This document shows positions 26,171 through 38,716 of a stretch of 64,000 nt of DNA, one piece after another (position 1 is the stretch's first letter; the number at the start of each line of letters is the position of its first letter). The DNA lies in the NCBI GenBank assembly GCA_973895155.1, contig OZ316896.1:17658754-17722753 (forward strand), written 5' to 3'. Under the pieces are notes generated by a model. That model had not been told where the DNA came from, did no database searches, and was given only the letters and a program-made list of their open reading frames with translations. Origin of the DNA: Marsupella aquatica (taxonomy: Eukaryota; Plantae; Marchantiophyta). A program made the translations under genes and the position numbers.

Positions 26171-26381
26171 GTTTGCAAGAGTAGAAGCTCCTGGTGAAAA
26201 AATGTGTTGGCAGTCCTACAGAATAGGACCTGTCCTGCAGCTTCTTTAATGTTGAAGTGACTTGTCTGGCTTGCCATCTCATGTGAATCAGGACACGATG
26301 CTGGACAGAATTGACATGCCCTCAATTAAAGATGGTGACACAAACGATGTTTGGCACATGCAAACGAGACACTCACCAAGG

Positions 26382-27698
26382 TCAATTAGCAGTATAACCT
26401 GAGCCCCTTCGATGCCACAAGTGGTCGATTAAATCATTTCTCAAACGGAAATGGTTTTCTTTTTTGTGAATTTCCCTATTGGCCTCAAGGAATTCAAGCC
26501 AGGGCATTAACCCTCGTCTCACATTTGGTGGCCTCACCCTCAGATATGGAGTAAACTCTTCACCTCTTTCATCCTCCAATATCATATTGTGGAGGACCAC
26601 ACATGCCATGAGAATGTGAGTCAAGTTTGACTCATACCAAGATCTTGCAGGCCTCTTGATAATTTCAAACCTGGCTTGGAGCACACCAAATGCCCTCTCA
26701 ACATCTTTCCTGGCACCTTCTTGGCATCTGGCAAAGTGACTAAACTTTTCATTCTGTGGAGAATGAATAGTGGAAATGAACATTGACCACTCTGGATAGA
26801 TGCCATCCACTAGAAGATATGCTCTATTATACTCAACACCATTCACATGGAATGAAACATTAGCAGAATCATTTGATAACCATTCATTCAAAAGAGGGGA
26901 TCTATCAAGCACATTCAAGTCATTGTTGCCCCCTGCCAAACCCCAGAATGCATGCCAGATCCAAAGTTCCTGATCTGCAATTGCCTCCAGTCTGATAGAC
27001 TTGGTCTTATCCTTGTCACTGTATTGCCCCTGCCAAGCAATTGGGCAATTTTTCCATTGCCAGTGCATGCAATCCAAGGATCCAAACATTGATTTCCTGG
27101 AAATCCCCTCTCTTGATTAATTTCCAAATGATTCTGAAAATCTTGAGCGTTTGGCTTTCTCAAGTACCTAGCTTCATAGATTTCCCTAATGGCTTTTGTA
27201 AATCGATACAAAGACTCCAAGGCTGTGCTCTCTCCGATTCTGCAATATTCATCCATGGCATCTGCCCCTATACCATAAGCTAGTTGTCGTAGAGCTGCCG
27301 TTATTTTCTGGTGTGGAGACAGACCTGGTTTTCTTGCTGCATCAAACTTCAAACAGAAATAATCATCATGTTCACACACTGCAAGAAGGATTTTGTTGAA
27401 TAATCTACTGCTCATTCGAAACCTTCTTCAAAATTTGAGTTCTCCATATGTAGGATTATCAGAGAAATAATCGTTCCACAGATCCTGTGCACCCTTCTCT
27501 CTATTCCGGTTGACATTCATGCTTCTGCCTGGCCTTGACCCTCCATGTTTTCTTATCGTTGGAGGTGCCAGAATATGTTGGATGGACAACGGTCCACTAT
27601 ACATCATCATCCCCCAAAATCGATCCCTCATCCCAATCGTCTTCATCATCTTCCACCATGTTCAAGAAATCCTCCCTCCATGCCTCCATAGGATCCAT
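26382..27698 (-). pseudogene. Harbinger DDE transposase (HARBI1/ALP1-like), disrupted
   Basis: Motifs F*RRFRM, ALRQLAYG, DEY.RIGESTA, RGFPG/MFGSLDCMHW.WKNCP.AWQGQY, WIWHAF, NNDLNVLDRS, Y.LVDGIYP, QE.ARKDVERAFGVLQARF, C..LHNMI. Lesions: frameshift ~27600, TGA at 27428-30, 5-bp insertion ~27090. Confidence 0.93.
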
Positions 27699-30049
27699 AT
27701 CAGCAAACCCGCACAAACCAAAATCTGAAAAACAGAGCACGGGCAATGGCGCACGACGTCGAGGAGGAGAAAGACACCAAGAAACCAATTTGCTGTCTCG
27801 GTCATCGCGAACATGACTGATGAGAAGATTGACCGGTTCGAACCGGGACTATACCAGTTCAAACCCTGGTTAACAAATACAGGTCGTATTTTGGAGGCAA
27901 CCGGTGGGGAACGTTCAACTCGTCGTGTGCCACGCTATTTCCCAGGCGTTATTCCAGGGGTCAAATTTTTGGCTATAGCGGCCAAGGGCTGCCAAACCGT
28001 TGGAGATGCTCTAAGAGTGAGATGCAAGGCAGCAAGGGGTTGTAGTACCAAAGTGCGATGTAGGACCTGTACAAAATATCATACTTTATACCAGGAACTA
28101 CTGCAATGCCAAACTACATTCTCCTTACTTTAACAAACCTTAAAAGTCAATGGTTTACATCAGGATTGTTAGAATATTCTTTACATTTACAGGGCAGAAT
28201 TCCTTCCAGGTTGCACAAAGAACCCCCAAACATTTGTTAGTTGGATCCAAAACTTTCATAGTTACTTATTTACTAATGTTATGCCTCTACATTGCACAAT
28301 GATAGGTGTTGAGCAAAAGTGTTGTTGAGCATAAATAAAGATGGCCCGGCAGTCAGCCTAACAACTACTACAGATTTCAAAAGGAATGTGTGTAACTACT
28401 GGGGAGAGTGATGAGTTGGGCCAGGAAAAGATAATGAGTGTAAGCTTTTTAGGTCCACATCATGGTTAACTATGAAAGTGGCCATAATCTAACACCACCA
28501 TAATGACATCCCACCAAACTGACTTAGACGATGAGAATGAAAGACCATCATCAATCTAGTATATTATGGTGGAAGTTGTTTATCTACAGAGTAGTGTATT
28601 CACATTTCATGGAAAGAGGGACTTTCCCACCAACTGTACACCAGAAATGGATCATGTGAGTGCGGTCTTTCTTTCTCTTTCTTTCTTTCAGAGACTCTCA
28701 TTCTAGTTTCCATTCATCAGTCGTCTCTTGTAGAGATCCTGCTTCCATCCCGAGCTCCATCTTCCCGCCTTGCTTCGCAGCTTCCAATTAGGGTTCCATT
28801 TTAAAAATTCTGGACCTGCTCCATCTCGTCTCATGATCATTCTCTCCTCCTGAGGTACACTGCCCTCCACCTACATACGATACGGTACTGGAAATCCTTT
28901 CGTAAAGCCCTCTGAATCCAACCCACAACGTTGATAGTCCTTCGTCTGTTGTCTGTTGTAAGCAGCCGAGGTTTCTTTCGAAGGTAAAAGATCATCTCAA
29001 AGCACTTTGCATCGGTGAATGTGCTGTACCCTGTCTTGTCTGTGTTGTGCTGTGGGACTAATTTCGTCATGTGGGTCATTGAGGGATGATATGTTGCTGC
29101 GTTTGCCTTCTGCTGGGCTGATTTTCCAGTTTCGCAGGTGGGGAATCCGGGGCTATTGTTTGACACATGCATCCTCCATTGACCTTGCACAAGCACCCGA
29201 ACTGCCGTGAGGTGCGATTGCTGGGTCTGTTCTCGTTTGTTCTGTTTTGGCTGAATTTGCATCTTTCCCTTTCCTCTCTTTCCACTCTGTAGCCTGTGTT
29301 GAAAGATGTCTGTATTGCGTCGGTTGCTTGTATACTTATTGTACTATTGGAGATTCGAAAGTATGTGTCATCTGATTCATAGCAAGGTGGTCCCGGGTTG
29401 TTCGTGTAGGCGATAAGATTGCCTCTCTTGTTGTCTTGGGAGGTTTGGCTGCTGCTGAGTGTGTCGTCTAGGTTTATCTTCACCTTTGTTAGTGACGGTC
29501 TAGTGTGAATCCGGGAGAGCCTAACTTTGATGTGGTTAACAGATTATTGTCCAATTCAAGAAGTGTCATGATGATCATCCTGTCACGAAGTTCTTCGGTG
29601 TCTGCACAGACCTGAAGGTTCAGCTCGATAAATGTTTCCGGGCGGAGGTGAGATATCTCACAGCCCTGCTACGCGCTCTCTGGTAATCTTAAGTGTAGTG
29701 TGATGATCTCTTCCTGCTCCTCTTTCCAATTAGAAAAGATGTGGCCTTTGGTGAACCACGTGTGTTGCATGAACACATCTTAGTGCTCCCTTTTCTTGCC
29801 TAGAAGATAGGCCTGCAGATCTGTTCTTATCATGTGGTTGCTGCAGAAAGAAGAGAAGCGGAAATTGAACTTCGAGGCGAGCAAAGAGTTTAAAGAGAAA
29901 CTCCGTGCGAGCAAAGCAGCGAAGTTATCGAACGAGTCGTGATTCTTTTCCTGCACTTAAGCATAAGTGCGCCAGTATCGATCTGAGTATGTGATTCATG
30001 GCTGTAGAATTCGCTGTTGTCATCTGGCGAATTTAAAATTCTGTGGAAA

Positions 30050-31013
30050 ATGGCCGCCAAAGTGAAAGTTGAGAAGACACCATCTCCTCGCGTGTCCTGG
30101 GAGAAAGGACCAACCAGGAGGCCTCGGATTCTCCTCGCCGCTAGTGGTAGTGTAGCTGCTATCAAGTTTGGAATTCTCGCTCAGAGTCTGTGCGACTGGG
30201 CAGACGTGAAGGCGATTGCTACAAAGTCCGCTTTGCACTTCATCGACAGAGCCTCTCTTCCGACCTCTGTGACCCTGTACACTGATAAAGAAGAGTGGTC
30301 TAGCTGGAGAAAGATTGGCGACGAGGTCCTCCACATTGAGCTGCGGCGATGGGCCGATGCCTTAGTTATTGCCCCTCTCTCAGCTAATACGTTAGCAAAG
30401 GTGAAGCTCTCTCTACCTCCTTTCAAATCGATTATCCCCAATTCATTTATACGCGTCCTGTTATCATGGGTTTGGACAGACAATGGGATGAAATTGGGGT
30501 GAATTCAAATATAGACTCGGTTGCCATTCAAACTGCTGGGTACTGTTGGACAGATGTTTCTGGACAGATGTTTCTGGACAGACAAAGGGATGATAATTCT
30601 GTGAATTCAATTACATTCTCGGTTGCAATTGACACTTGTGGATACTATTACACACAGAGAGTGCGAAAGATTTAACTCATAAAATTTTATATCCTCATAT
30701 TGATTCTTCGCAGGTAGCAGGTGGTCTGTGCGATAATCTTCTTACATGCGTGGTGCGTGCATGGGACTTTCAGAAGCCATTATTCGTAGCACCTGCAATG
30801 AACACATTTATGTGGGACAGTCCGTTCACTAGGCGTCACTTGATCTCAGCTCAAGATCTCGGTATTACTCTAATCTCCCCTATTGCAAAGAAGTTAGCAT
30901 GTGGTGATGTCGGGAACGGGGCCATGGAGGAGCCTTCGGTGATTGACGCAACTCTTCGAATGGCCCTTTTGCAACCGCCTAACTTTTCTCCTAAATTTGA
31001 AACAAAATCCTAG
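30050..31013 (+). CDS. HAL3: Phosphopantothenoylcysteine decarboxylase (HAL3/PPCDC, CoaC), intact; exons 30050-30400 and 30714-31013
   Basis: RILLAASGSVAAIK, VLHIELRRWAD..VIAPLSANTLAK|VAGGLCDNLLTCVVRAWD, APAMNTFMW and KKLACGD.G.GAM, with catalytic His and Cys present. Phase-0 GT-AG intron. Confidence 0.95.
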
Positions 31014-34000
31014 GGCAAGACAAACAATTGTAGTTGATAATTTATTCCTCATGTCAGCTCGTCTTGCTGACAGTAGAGGGTCGTCCTTCAATCATTAGTT
31101 CTGAATAATTCAGAAAGGAAGCCAAAATTGACGTGCTAGGATTTTGCTTCCTTGTGATGTTCATGACAAGCAAAGGAAAATTTCTCCTTTGCTATGAATT
31201 TTCAGGGCTCTTTACGGCCAGATTCAACATGAAGTGGGGAATATGAGTGGCCTAGAGGACCCTAGAGACAGCTTCGTTTCTTCCGAACTACCATCTCCAG
31301 AATGGACTTTGTATGGGGCAGAGCTAAAGGATATATTTTGGAGGGTTGTATTGACGAGATCGGCTGTGTCATTTGCCTTGAAGAGGGAAATTCTCTTCAT
31401 CATTCCTTGTGCCAGCCATACTAGTGAGGTTTCATTGCATGATATGGTGCGAAAGTGCCCTTCCCGAAGAGCCTGCACAGTACTTGATACACTGCTGTGT
31501 GATGATGACGTTTACTAGCGAGTTTTACAGGCCAAATACTACCATCTTGTTTTTGGTTTCTTGCTTGTCCTTCTTGCTATTATTATTATCTATATCGTGA
31601 ACGTTGATTCTTTCAACTCAATTCATTTCGGAACTACTACAAACCCTCCTCCGGTTGATTCTAAACTTCGTTGATTCTAAACTTCATAGACGTGAAAGAA
31701 AGGCATTTCTTCAAGGTTCACGATATGTGTAAACTCCGATGGCCCTCACTCTTTCCTTGCAGTGCTTCCTTTTTTTACTTGTCGACCGTTTTAGAGATCC
31801 CCAGTAGAGCAATCGATATGCTCACACGAGCAAGGTGTAAAGGTTTGTTTTCACTTCTCGAGAAATGTGATCGAGAATATGTTCAATTATAGGCACTGCC
31901 ATGCGTTGGCGGTCCTCTTCAAGGACAACATCCTTGTTGTCAGGTGGAAAGCCATTTTGACTCCTAGGACTTGAAGTGTGCGACTGAGGGATCGATGCGT
32001 ATTGCAGACGATCTTCATCTACTCTCAATATCAAGTCCCTTGCACAGGGACAAGACAAAATAACCAGCTGTGGACATAGACATGCCCCCTCACCTCAACT
32101 CTCTCGGTCTGTTTAGCTTCGATACTCTAGCATTCGGTATTGTAACATGTTTTCAGAGAGGTGCCAGTTCTATGGCTCCAGTCTACAGCGTTGTTTGTGG
32201 GCATAGGTTATGCTTAGCGATTAATCAGTCAGGACGGGTTCGTTTCTGTCCTCGTGCAAATCAAGTCGTCCTCCCTTCAGTGGACTCTAGCTAAGGAGAC
32301 GCCTTAGACTAGAAATACAATTTGAGACTAGGCAACTGATGCGTGGGGCGAGCTGGCTTGCAAACGAATCGGAAGTTGATGATTATCAGGAACAGTCCAT
32401 GGGGCTTCATTTTCATTTTCTTCAGTCATGGTTTTTTGGAAGAGTTTCATATTTCTGTGCATTCACTCATGGCTATTAGTCCCTACTACCACTATCTTCC
32501 CATCTCCCGACTGCAACAATTGCTCTTCTCCCAAAATCCCCTGACTGCAACGATTGCTACAAGTCCAGTGAGCCAGGGACCTGAGTTTGGAAGCTACAAA
32601 AACAGGATTTTGAAGGTTTTTGTATCTTCCAAACCCATTGGCTTGCCTAAGAAGATGTAGTGACCTCACGGATCCACGCCTTGGGAAGGGTGATGATCTC
32701 GCGGTATGTGTTTGGCTAACAGTCAGATCTCTCCAGAAGGACTTGGTGGTGGAAAGTATAAGGTGTTTATCAATAGATTTGGCAAGTTCAACCCACAGCC
32801 TCTAAGAAGAACAAACAAAGAAAAATAGGGCCATGTAGAAAACACCTGAACCAAACCATATTAGACTCACTAAGGAACCCACATCACTAAGTAATGCTCT
32901 GCAGGGAATGAAACCTTCCAGGCACCTCCAATGCAACAATGGCACATCCTGCTAAGCTGGTTACCTGGTACATAGGTATGTGAGGAAGAGGATGGTGTCC
33001 ATGAGGTACATTGCAGTGGGAGTACACTTGCAGTCAGGCCAACACTCTCCTGGGACAGGGTGGTGAGCCTGTACAGTACACCTTCATGCTGGTGCATATG
33101 GCCAGATTTGCAACTCGATTCAAAAAAATTCCCTTTTGATAAATTTGGTCAATTTTTGGACAGCTTGGTCAAATTTGCAATTTGTTATTAAAAACTTTCC
33201 TTTGGATGGATTTGGTCAAATTTTGTCACTTAAGATATATATCACATTGCCAAAGGACAAAAATGCCAAACCTGGAGACAAGGTCTCAAAAGCAAAGCCA
33301 GCCAAGGGAGAGAAAAGGAAAGGGAAAATGTTCCAGGCAGACACAAAAAGGATCTACCAAACACATGCAACAGCCCAATAAAGGAAAGGGAAAATGCCCC
33401 AAGAAGACCAAAATAGGCTCTACCAAACAGATCAACCCAATAAAGAGAGGGAAAAGTAATTGGCCCAAGAGTTGAGGTGGACTGTGAGTGTACATTGATT
33501 GACATACAGTCATAATTACCACATTGTGGCCTTATAGTTATTGCAACCATGTCAAGGCAGGGCAAAAATGTTGAGGAGAGGCAAAGATGTGGAGGTGAGT
33601 TTAGATGTTGTGGTGAGGCAAATATGTTGAGCGAGGCAAAGAACTGCAAGGAAATGCAAGCAAGGCAAAGAAACATGGACAATGCAAAGAAATGCAAATG
33701 AGCCAAAAAAGTTCTTCAAACATCTCAGATGTTGTTGGGACCATGTTGCGATTGAGGTGATGCAATCATTATAGTGATGCGGTGAGAGAGATGGCAAGGT
33801 ATGGTTGCACAATGCTATTGGGAGGAGAACATTTTAATGATTTTCCTCCTCTATTTGTATTTCTTCACTCCCTTGCCACTCCCTTTTTCCCCCTTTTTCT
33901 TCCCTTCTCCACAATTAAATAAGGAGAAAAAAAGGGAGCGCGAAGCAAAATTTGTCCAATTTGCATTTGTCTAATTTTTCAACTAAAGTAGATTCTCATA

Positions 34001-35672
34001 CTCTATGCCAAAAGCCAAAAAGTCTCTCATTCCCCAAAAGATTCTCCTACGAACATGTGTACTTTGGTTTCTGCATAAAAGACGAAATTTAGGTGATGTA
34101 ACATGATAATCATCACATATACTATGTATTCTAGTATAAAAATAAATACATCTTTGGACACTCCTGGTCAATCAATCCAAGAGCCCACAAAAATCTTTTA
34201 AAAATATGAGGGCTAAGGTTTATTCCCTTTCTTTCCAAATTTGTAAGCAGATGATGAAGTTTTTGGCAGCATTGCATATTTGCAAATTGGTGAATGCACA
34301 TTTCAGATTTTGTCTTATTCAGATTTTAGTGTCATGTATTTTCATTTCAATCTGCCTTATCAAGGGGCAGCCTTTGTATTCTATACATTTTTAATTAATT
34401 TTTAGACCCCTTTAGTTTTAGGTATCCTATAGTGTTTTGAACTTATTTTGGCAGCCCCCTTTCACACTATGTGTTTTCTTAGAGATGAAACCAAAGGCTC
34501 CACCACCACGAGTGAGAGAAATGATGATGAAGAACATGAATGCATAGCCTCTTAAGTTCTCCTCATGTTTTTTTCCTAGGTTTATGGTTTTTATTGAAAG
34601 GAGTGTCATTCATAAGGCACCCTGAGTTAAGTGCACACATCGTAGCATAGTTTGACTGTACCTTTTCTTGGTCACTGTGCTTTTCTTGGCACACACTTTA
34701 CTTATATAACAGCACTTCTATGCTTTCATATTTTATTTACTTTCAGATCACTACAAGACAAAAAATAAAGCATGTTCCAGGATGAGCATGCTATATAAGC
34801 AGATGATGAAGTTTTTGGCAGCATTGCATATTTTAGTAGTTGATCAAGAAGAAGAATGACATAGGTGATTGTGTGAATGGGTGATGATAGTAAGCCACAA
34901 TAGATGCGTGTTGATTTTAGGCAAACAAGAAAATGGAGATTGGAGAAGCACAACCAGGCTTGCCTCTCGTGATTTCTCCCCTCTCTGTGGGTTGCAAATG
35001 GCGCAAACTATCTCTGTTAACTAAATAATTCAGTGGAATTTTCATGGCAAAGAGACGGGCAAGACTTATTTTGGCATAGAGATTACGAGGGAAAAAGTTA
35101 CTCACAATACCATACTTTTTCTCAAAGGAGGAAATAACCCTAAATATACACCACTTTACTAGCAAGCTTAGTCCTCAACTAGGCAAGATCTGGTTTAAAA
35201 TATCTTAGCTTTTGTGTCATGTTTAGTAGAATTCAAATTTGGTACTCCTCTTTTGGCTAGCAACTAGCCCGCCTTATGGAGTTTAGAAATGCAAAGGTCA
35301 GCCAAAATCAAAAGGCATTAAGGACCCCTTGGATGATTTGCTAGCAATACTCTCTTTGTCAACAAAAATTCATGTTTGCTCACATCATTTGCCATGTTCA
35401 TGTCTTGTAGTGATGTGTAAGTAATACAATTTCTTTAGGATAAAATACAAGGGTAGAACTATGAGCATGCAAAGAATTATATTTGTCAAGAGTGAGTTCA
35501 AGATAAAAACAAAAGTAGAAGCAAAGCATATGCTAAGGAAAGCACGTTATGAACAGAGAAAGTACAAGAAAAGTACAAGTATGTGGTACACGGACACATA
35601 AATGAACATGGAAAGTACAAAAGAAGTACAAGTGTATGGTACAAAGGTATAGAAGAATTGTCCACACAATTT

Positions 35673-36016
35673 TGTTAGATATTGCTCTAGTCTTGTGACT
35701 CATGAGTTAGCTACAGTTAGGCTAACTCGGGTTAGGACTTAGCTAATGTTAGTTTTAGTGCTGTTGTGTATATAACCAAGGCTAATGCCAGACCCTGGTG
35801 AAACTTAGACTCATTGTTACGGAGCTAGTTGAGAGATAGGGAGAGCTTGTGCTGTGGATGCTTGGTATGGCCGGTTGGCCTAGAGTGCAGTAAAGCTCTT
35901 GTGTGTTCCCGTGGACGTAGCCTCATGTGGAGGTGAACCACGTATCTCTCTGTGTCGACTCTTGTGCGTTGGATGGTTCATGGGCTTGCTATTACGAATG
36001 TCGTCTATGCTCAACA
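35673..36016 (+). mobile_element. Solo LTR (copia-like), 344 bp
   Basis: Starts TGTT and ends AACA, with a perfect 5-bp TSD AATTT on both sides. Internal TATATAA and a CCCGTGGACGTAG...GAACCACGTA motif typical of plant copia LTRs. Confidence 0.9.
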
Positions 36017-36594
36017 AATTTGCCTTAGGTAATATCCTCACTTGCCTGAGGTTTTTTTTCTGTTTTTCTCACTTGCCTTAGGTAATGACACTCCAATTAA
36101 AACCACAAAATTAGAAAAGAAAACCATGAGGGGAACTTAAAGGCAAAGGTGGACTCATTGTTCAGAATCATTTCTCTCACTCTTCAAAAAAGATAGAACT
36201 TCTCTCAAGTGGTAGAAATTCATTGAAAGTGATTGGATTCACTCTAATGAAATCTAAACTTACCAAAACTAGAGGGAATGTTCTAAATAATACAAATGAT
36301 GCACCTTGTTAAGGCACATTTGAATAAATATACATGACACAAATCTCAATAGACAAAATCTGGAAGGTGAAGGCACATTTGAATAAATATACACGACACA
36401 AAATCTCAATAGACAAAATCCGGGAGGTGTGGGGTGGGTATACCACATACCAGCATCAAAATTTAGGGAATTTGTTGGCATCATACAATCTAGGACACAA
36501 CTTGTGAATTAGTTCTTCCCTTGATGTATAGTACTAGTTATGAATGTAGGCTTGAGTAGAAACCTACAACTAGTGTAGGGACCTTACAGCTTTT

Positions 36595-37346
36595 TAGTAC
36601 CGCACGTTAAATCTACAATGAATTAATGCTCCCCCATTTTCCTTAGGTCTCGTACACTGCTTGTCCCAATCCCGAATCCGCTCTGGCGCAAGCTTGCCAG
36701 AACATAAACCAAGACTCCGTCAATCATGACTCTTATCCAAGGCACTAGGCTTTGCCTGAACACTTGGACTCTATTAGAAAACAAACATGACCCGGGCATT
36801 TCCATTATTGGAAAGAAGTGTTGCTAGAACATAAAACACAATTCCATAGAGAAGAAGCATTTGACAGAACATCAACCAAGACTTTATCAAACATGGCTCT
36901 TAACCAAAGTACTAGGCTCTGCCTGAACACTTAGTACTTAGACTCTCTTACAAAGCAAACATGCCTCAGTTAAAAGGAGTGTTGCCAGAACATAAACCAC
37001 TATCCCGGGATCATGACTCCACAAGGAAGAAGTTGATGGCACAAAGTCAATCGGGCCGGAGTGGGCATAAAAAATCAAGGGTGCCAGAACATAAACCCTA
37101 AGTCAATGATACAAAGTGGATCGGGTTGGAGTAGGTGACAAAATGGTAGAGTCTTGGCCTATGTTTTGTCAAACTTGGGCCAAAGTGGGCAGCAGCATTG
37201 GGGACTGAGACAATAGAGTCTTGGCTTATGTTCTGTCAAACTTGGGCCAACTCAGGCAGCAGCATTGGGGGACTGGGACATGCAGTGTAAAGGGCCCCAA
37301 GAAAATGGAGGAGCATTAACTTGTTGTAAATTTAATGCCCAGTCTA
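36595..37346. mobile_element. ~750-bp TIR element (fold-back/MITE), present only in array unit 1
   Basis: ~50-bp imperfect TIRs (TTAAATCTACAATGAATTAATGCTCCCCCATTTTC vs GAAAATGGAGGAGCATTAACTTGTTGTAAATTTAA). Internal CAGAACAT repeats occur in both orientations. Paralogous sites at ~44150, ~54220 and ~63130 are empty. Confidence 0.7.
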
Positions 37347-37355
37347 GTTTCTCTT

Positions 37356-37535
37356 CAAGAAAAGACTTAACAGGACCCCTCTAAATTCTAAGAGACTTAA
37401 CAGGACCCCTGTGTTTAAAAAAAACTAACAGGACCCCTATCCCTACCAATTTTGCTCAGATCTTGATGGCACTTAGTCACAAGGGTCTGCTTAAGTCCAG
37501 GAGATGCCATAGGGACCCTGTTAAGTCCTTGTTTG
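37356..37535. mobile_element. 180-bp Mutator-type MITE with a 10-bp TSD
   Basis: TIR CAAGAAAAGACTTAACAGG / CCTGTTAAGTCCTTGTTTG, flanked by AGTTTCTCTT on both sides. Paralogous units have a single GTTTCTCTT. Confidence 0.85.
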
Positions 37536-37694
37536 AGTTTCTCTTTGGCTATGGAAAGAGAAACCGATGAATGTACTCTAGTGTACATGTTTTTAAAGAA
37601 TCTGACTATGCATTTGGATCATAGGTAAGGTCTAATCTGACTACTATAAACTGAAAGAATTGTACTCCCTGGAACTAAATCTTTACTTGGGAGG

Positions 37695-38520
37695 GACTCG
37701 ATGGGTCACCGAACCTGCCAATATGCGCATTACATACGGAATACTAACACTAAATATCTCCATTCCATCTGTATAATTGATATCGAGATTCATATACTAC
37801 AGTAATCTGAGACGCCCCCAGATGTTAGCAATGCTGTAACAACTTCTGACCTTCAGAGAGTTCCTTCGAACAAACCTTCTCTGTAAATCTACTTATTGAG
37901 GGAGAATCCAATTTTAAATGAAACGCATTTGCATCAGAGATTGTAATCTCCCAGTAAAAAATGAAAGCACTATAATCCCAGGAGCAAGATCTTTATTTAA
38001 GATAGACTGGATGGATCACCGAACGTGCCAAAGTATGCTTTACATACATTTCCTACTCGTGACACTAAATCTCTCCATTCAATTCAGTTCAATCTGAGCG
38101 TAATTGATATACTGTACAGTGATGTGAGACGTACCCATATGTTAGCAATGCTGTAGCAAAATTCTGACCTACAGAGGATTCCCTCCAATAAACCTTCTCT
38201 GTGGCCAGTCTAAGTAAAAACCGGTGAATCTACTCCACTCCACTTATTAGAGAAGAATCCGGTTTCAAATGAATTGCATTTGCATCAGAGATTGTAATCT
38301 CCCAGTAAAAAAATGAAGGAACTATAATCCCAGGAGCAAGACATATGCTTTACATACCTTTCTTAATAGTGGTACTAAATCTCTCCATTCAATTCAATCT
38401 GAGCATAATTGATATACTGTACAGTGATGTGAGACGTCCCAAAATGCTAGCAAAGCTGTACCAAAATTTTGACCTACAGAGGATTCCTCCAACGAAGCTT
38501 CTCTCCTGCAGGAAGCAGTG
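37695..38520 (+). repeat. Triplicated upstream module (two ~310-bp copies and one partial) in front of DJ-1 copy 1
   Basis: ACTAAAT.TCTCCATTC...TAATTGATAT...CAGT.AT.TGAGACG..CC...ATG.TAGCAA.GCTGTA...TGACCT recurs at ~37750, ~38060 and ~38375; the module is single-copy before the other DJ-1 genes. Confidence 0.85.
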
Positions 38521-38716
38521 CCAGAAACTGAGAGGAGGGCTTGGAGTACAATTGTTCTACCCACAAGCTTCAAGAGCCAGCACTATCCATAAATTCAGAC
38601 CATCTCCATCCCGATCTCCATCTGGGCTCCGGATTGTTCTCTAGTTTCCCTCTTCTAGTCCACTCTTTACACGAGAAGATCAAAGCCGGCTTGCTACTTT
38701 CTCTGAAATTCCAATC

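Larger units (their letters stand above)
23063..28011. mobile_element. PIF/Harbinger DNA transposon, full length (~4.95 kb), transposase decayed
   Basis: TIRs GAGCATCTCCAGCGGT and ACCGTTGGAGATGCTC match at 15/16. A TAA target-site duplication flanks both ends (23060-62 and 28012-14). Myb-like and DDE transposase genes are convergent. Confidence 0.95.

Noticed and set aside
30050-31013. Flavoprotein as an EpiD-like RiPP decarboxylase in a biosynthetic cluster
   Set aside because: It is a typical plant HAL3/PPCDC, and no precursor peptide or other RiPP enzymes are visible.
31224-31600. Short ORFs recurring downstream of the HAL3 copies (also ~40824, ~49157, ~58698)
   Set aside because: Recurrence is explained by the segmental duplication; frames and starts differ among copies and no domain is recognisable.
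33136-33812. Lys-rich and hydrophobic overlapping ORFs
   Set aside because: Low-complexity A/G-rich repeats (GCAAAG, GGAAA) produce them; probably a TE remnant, with no supportable product.
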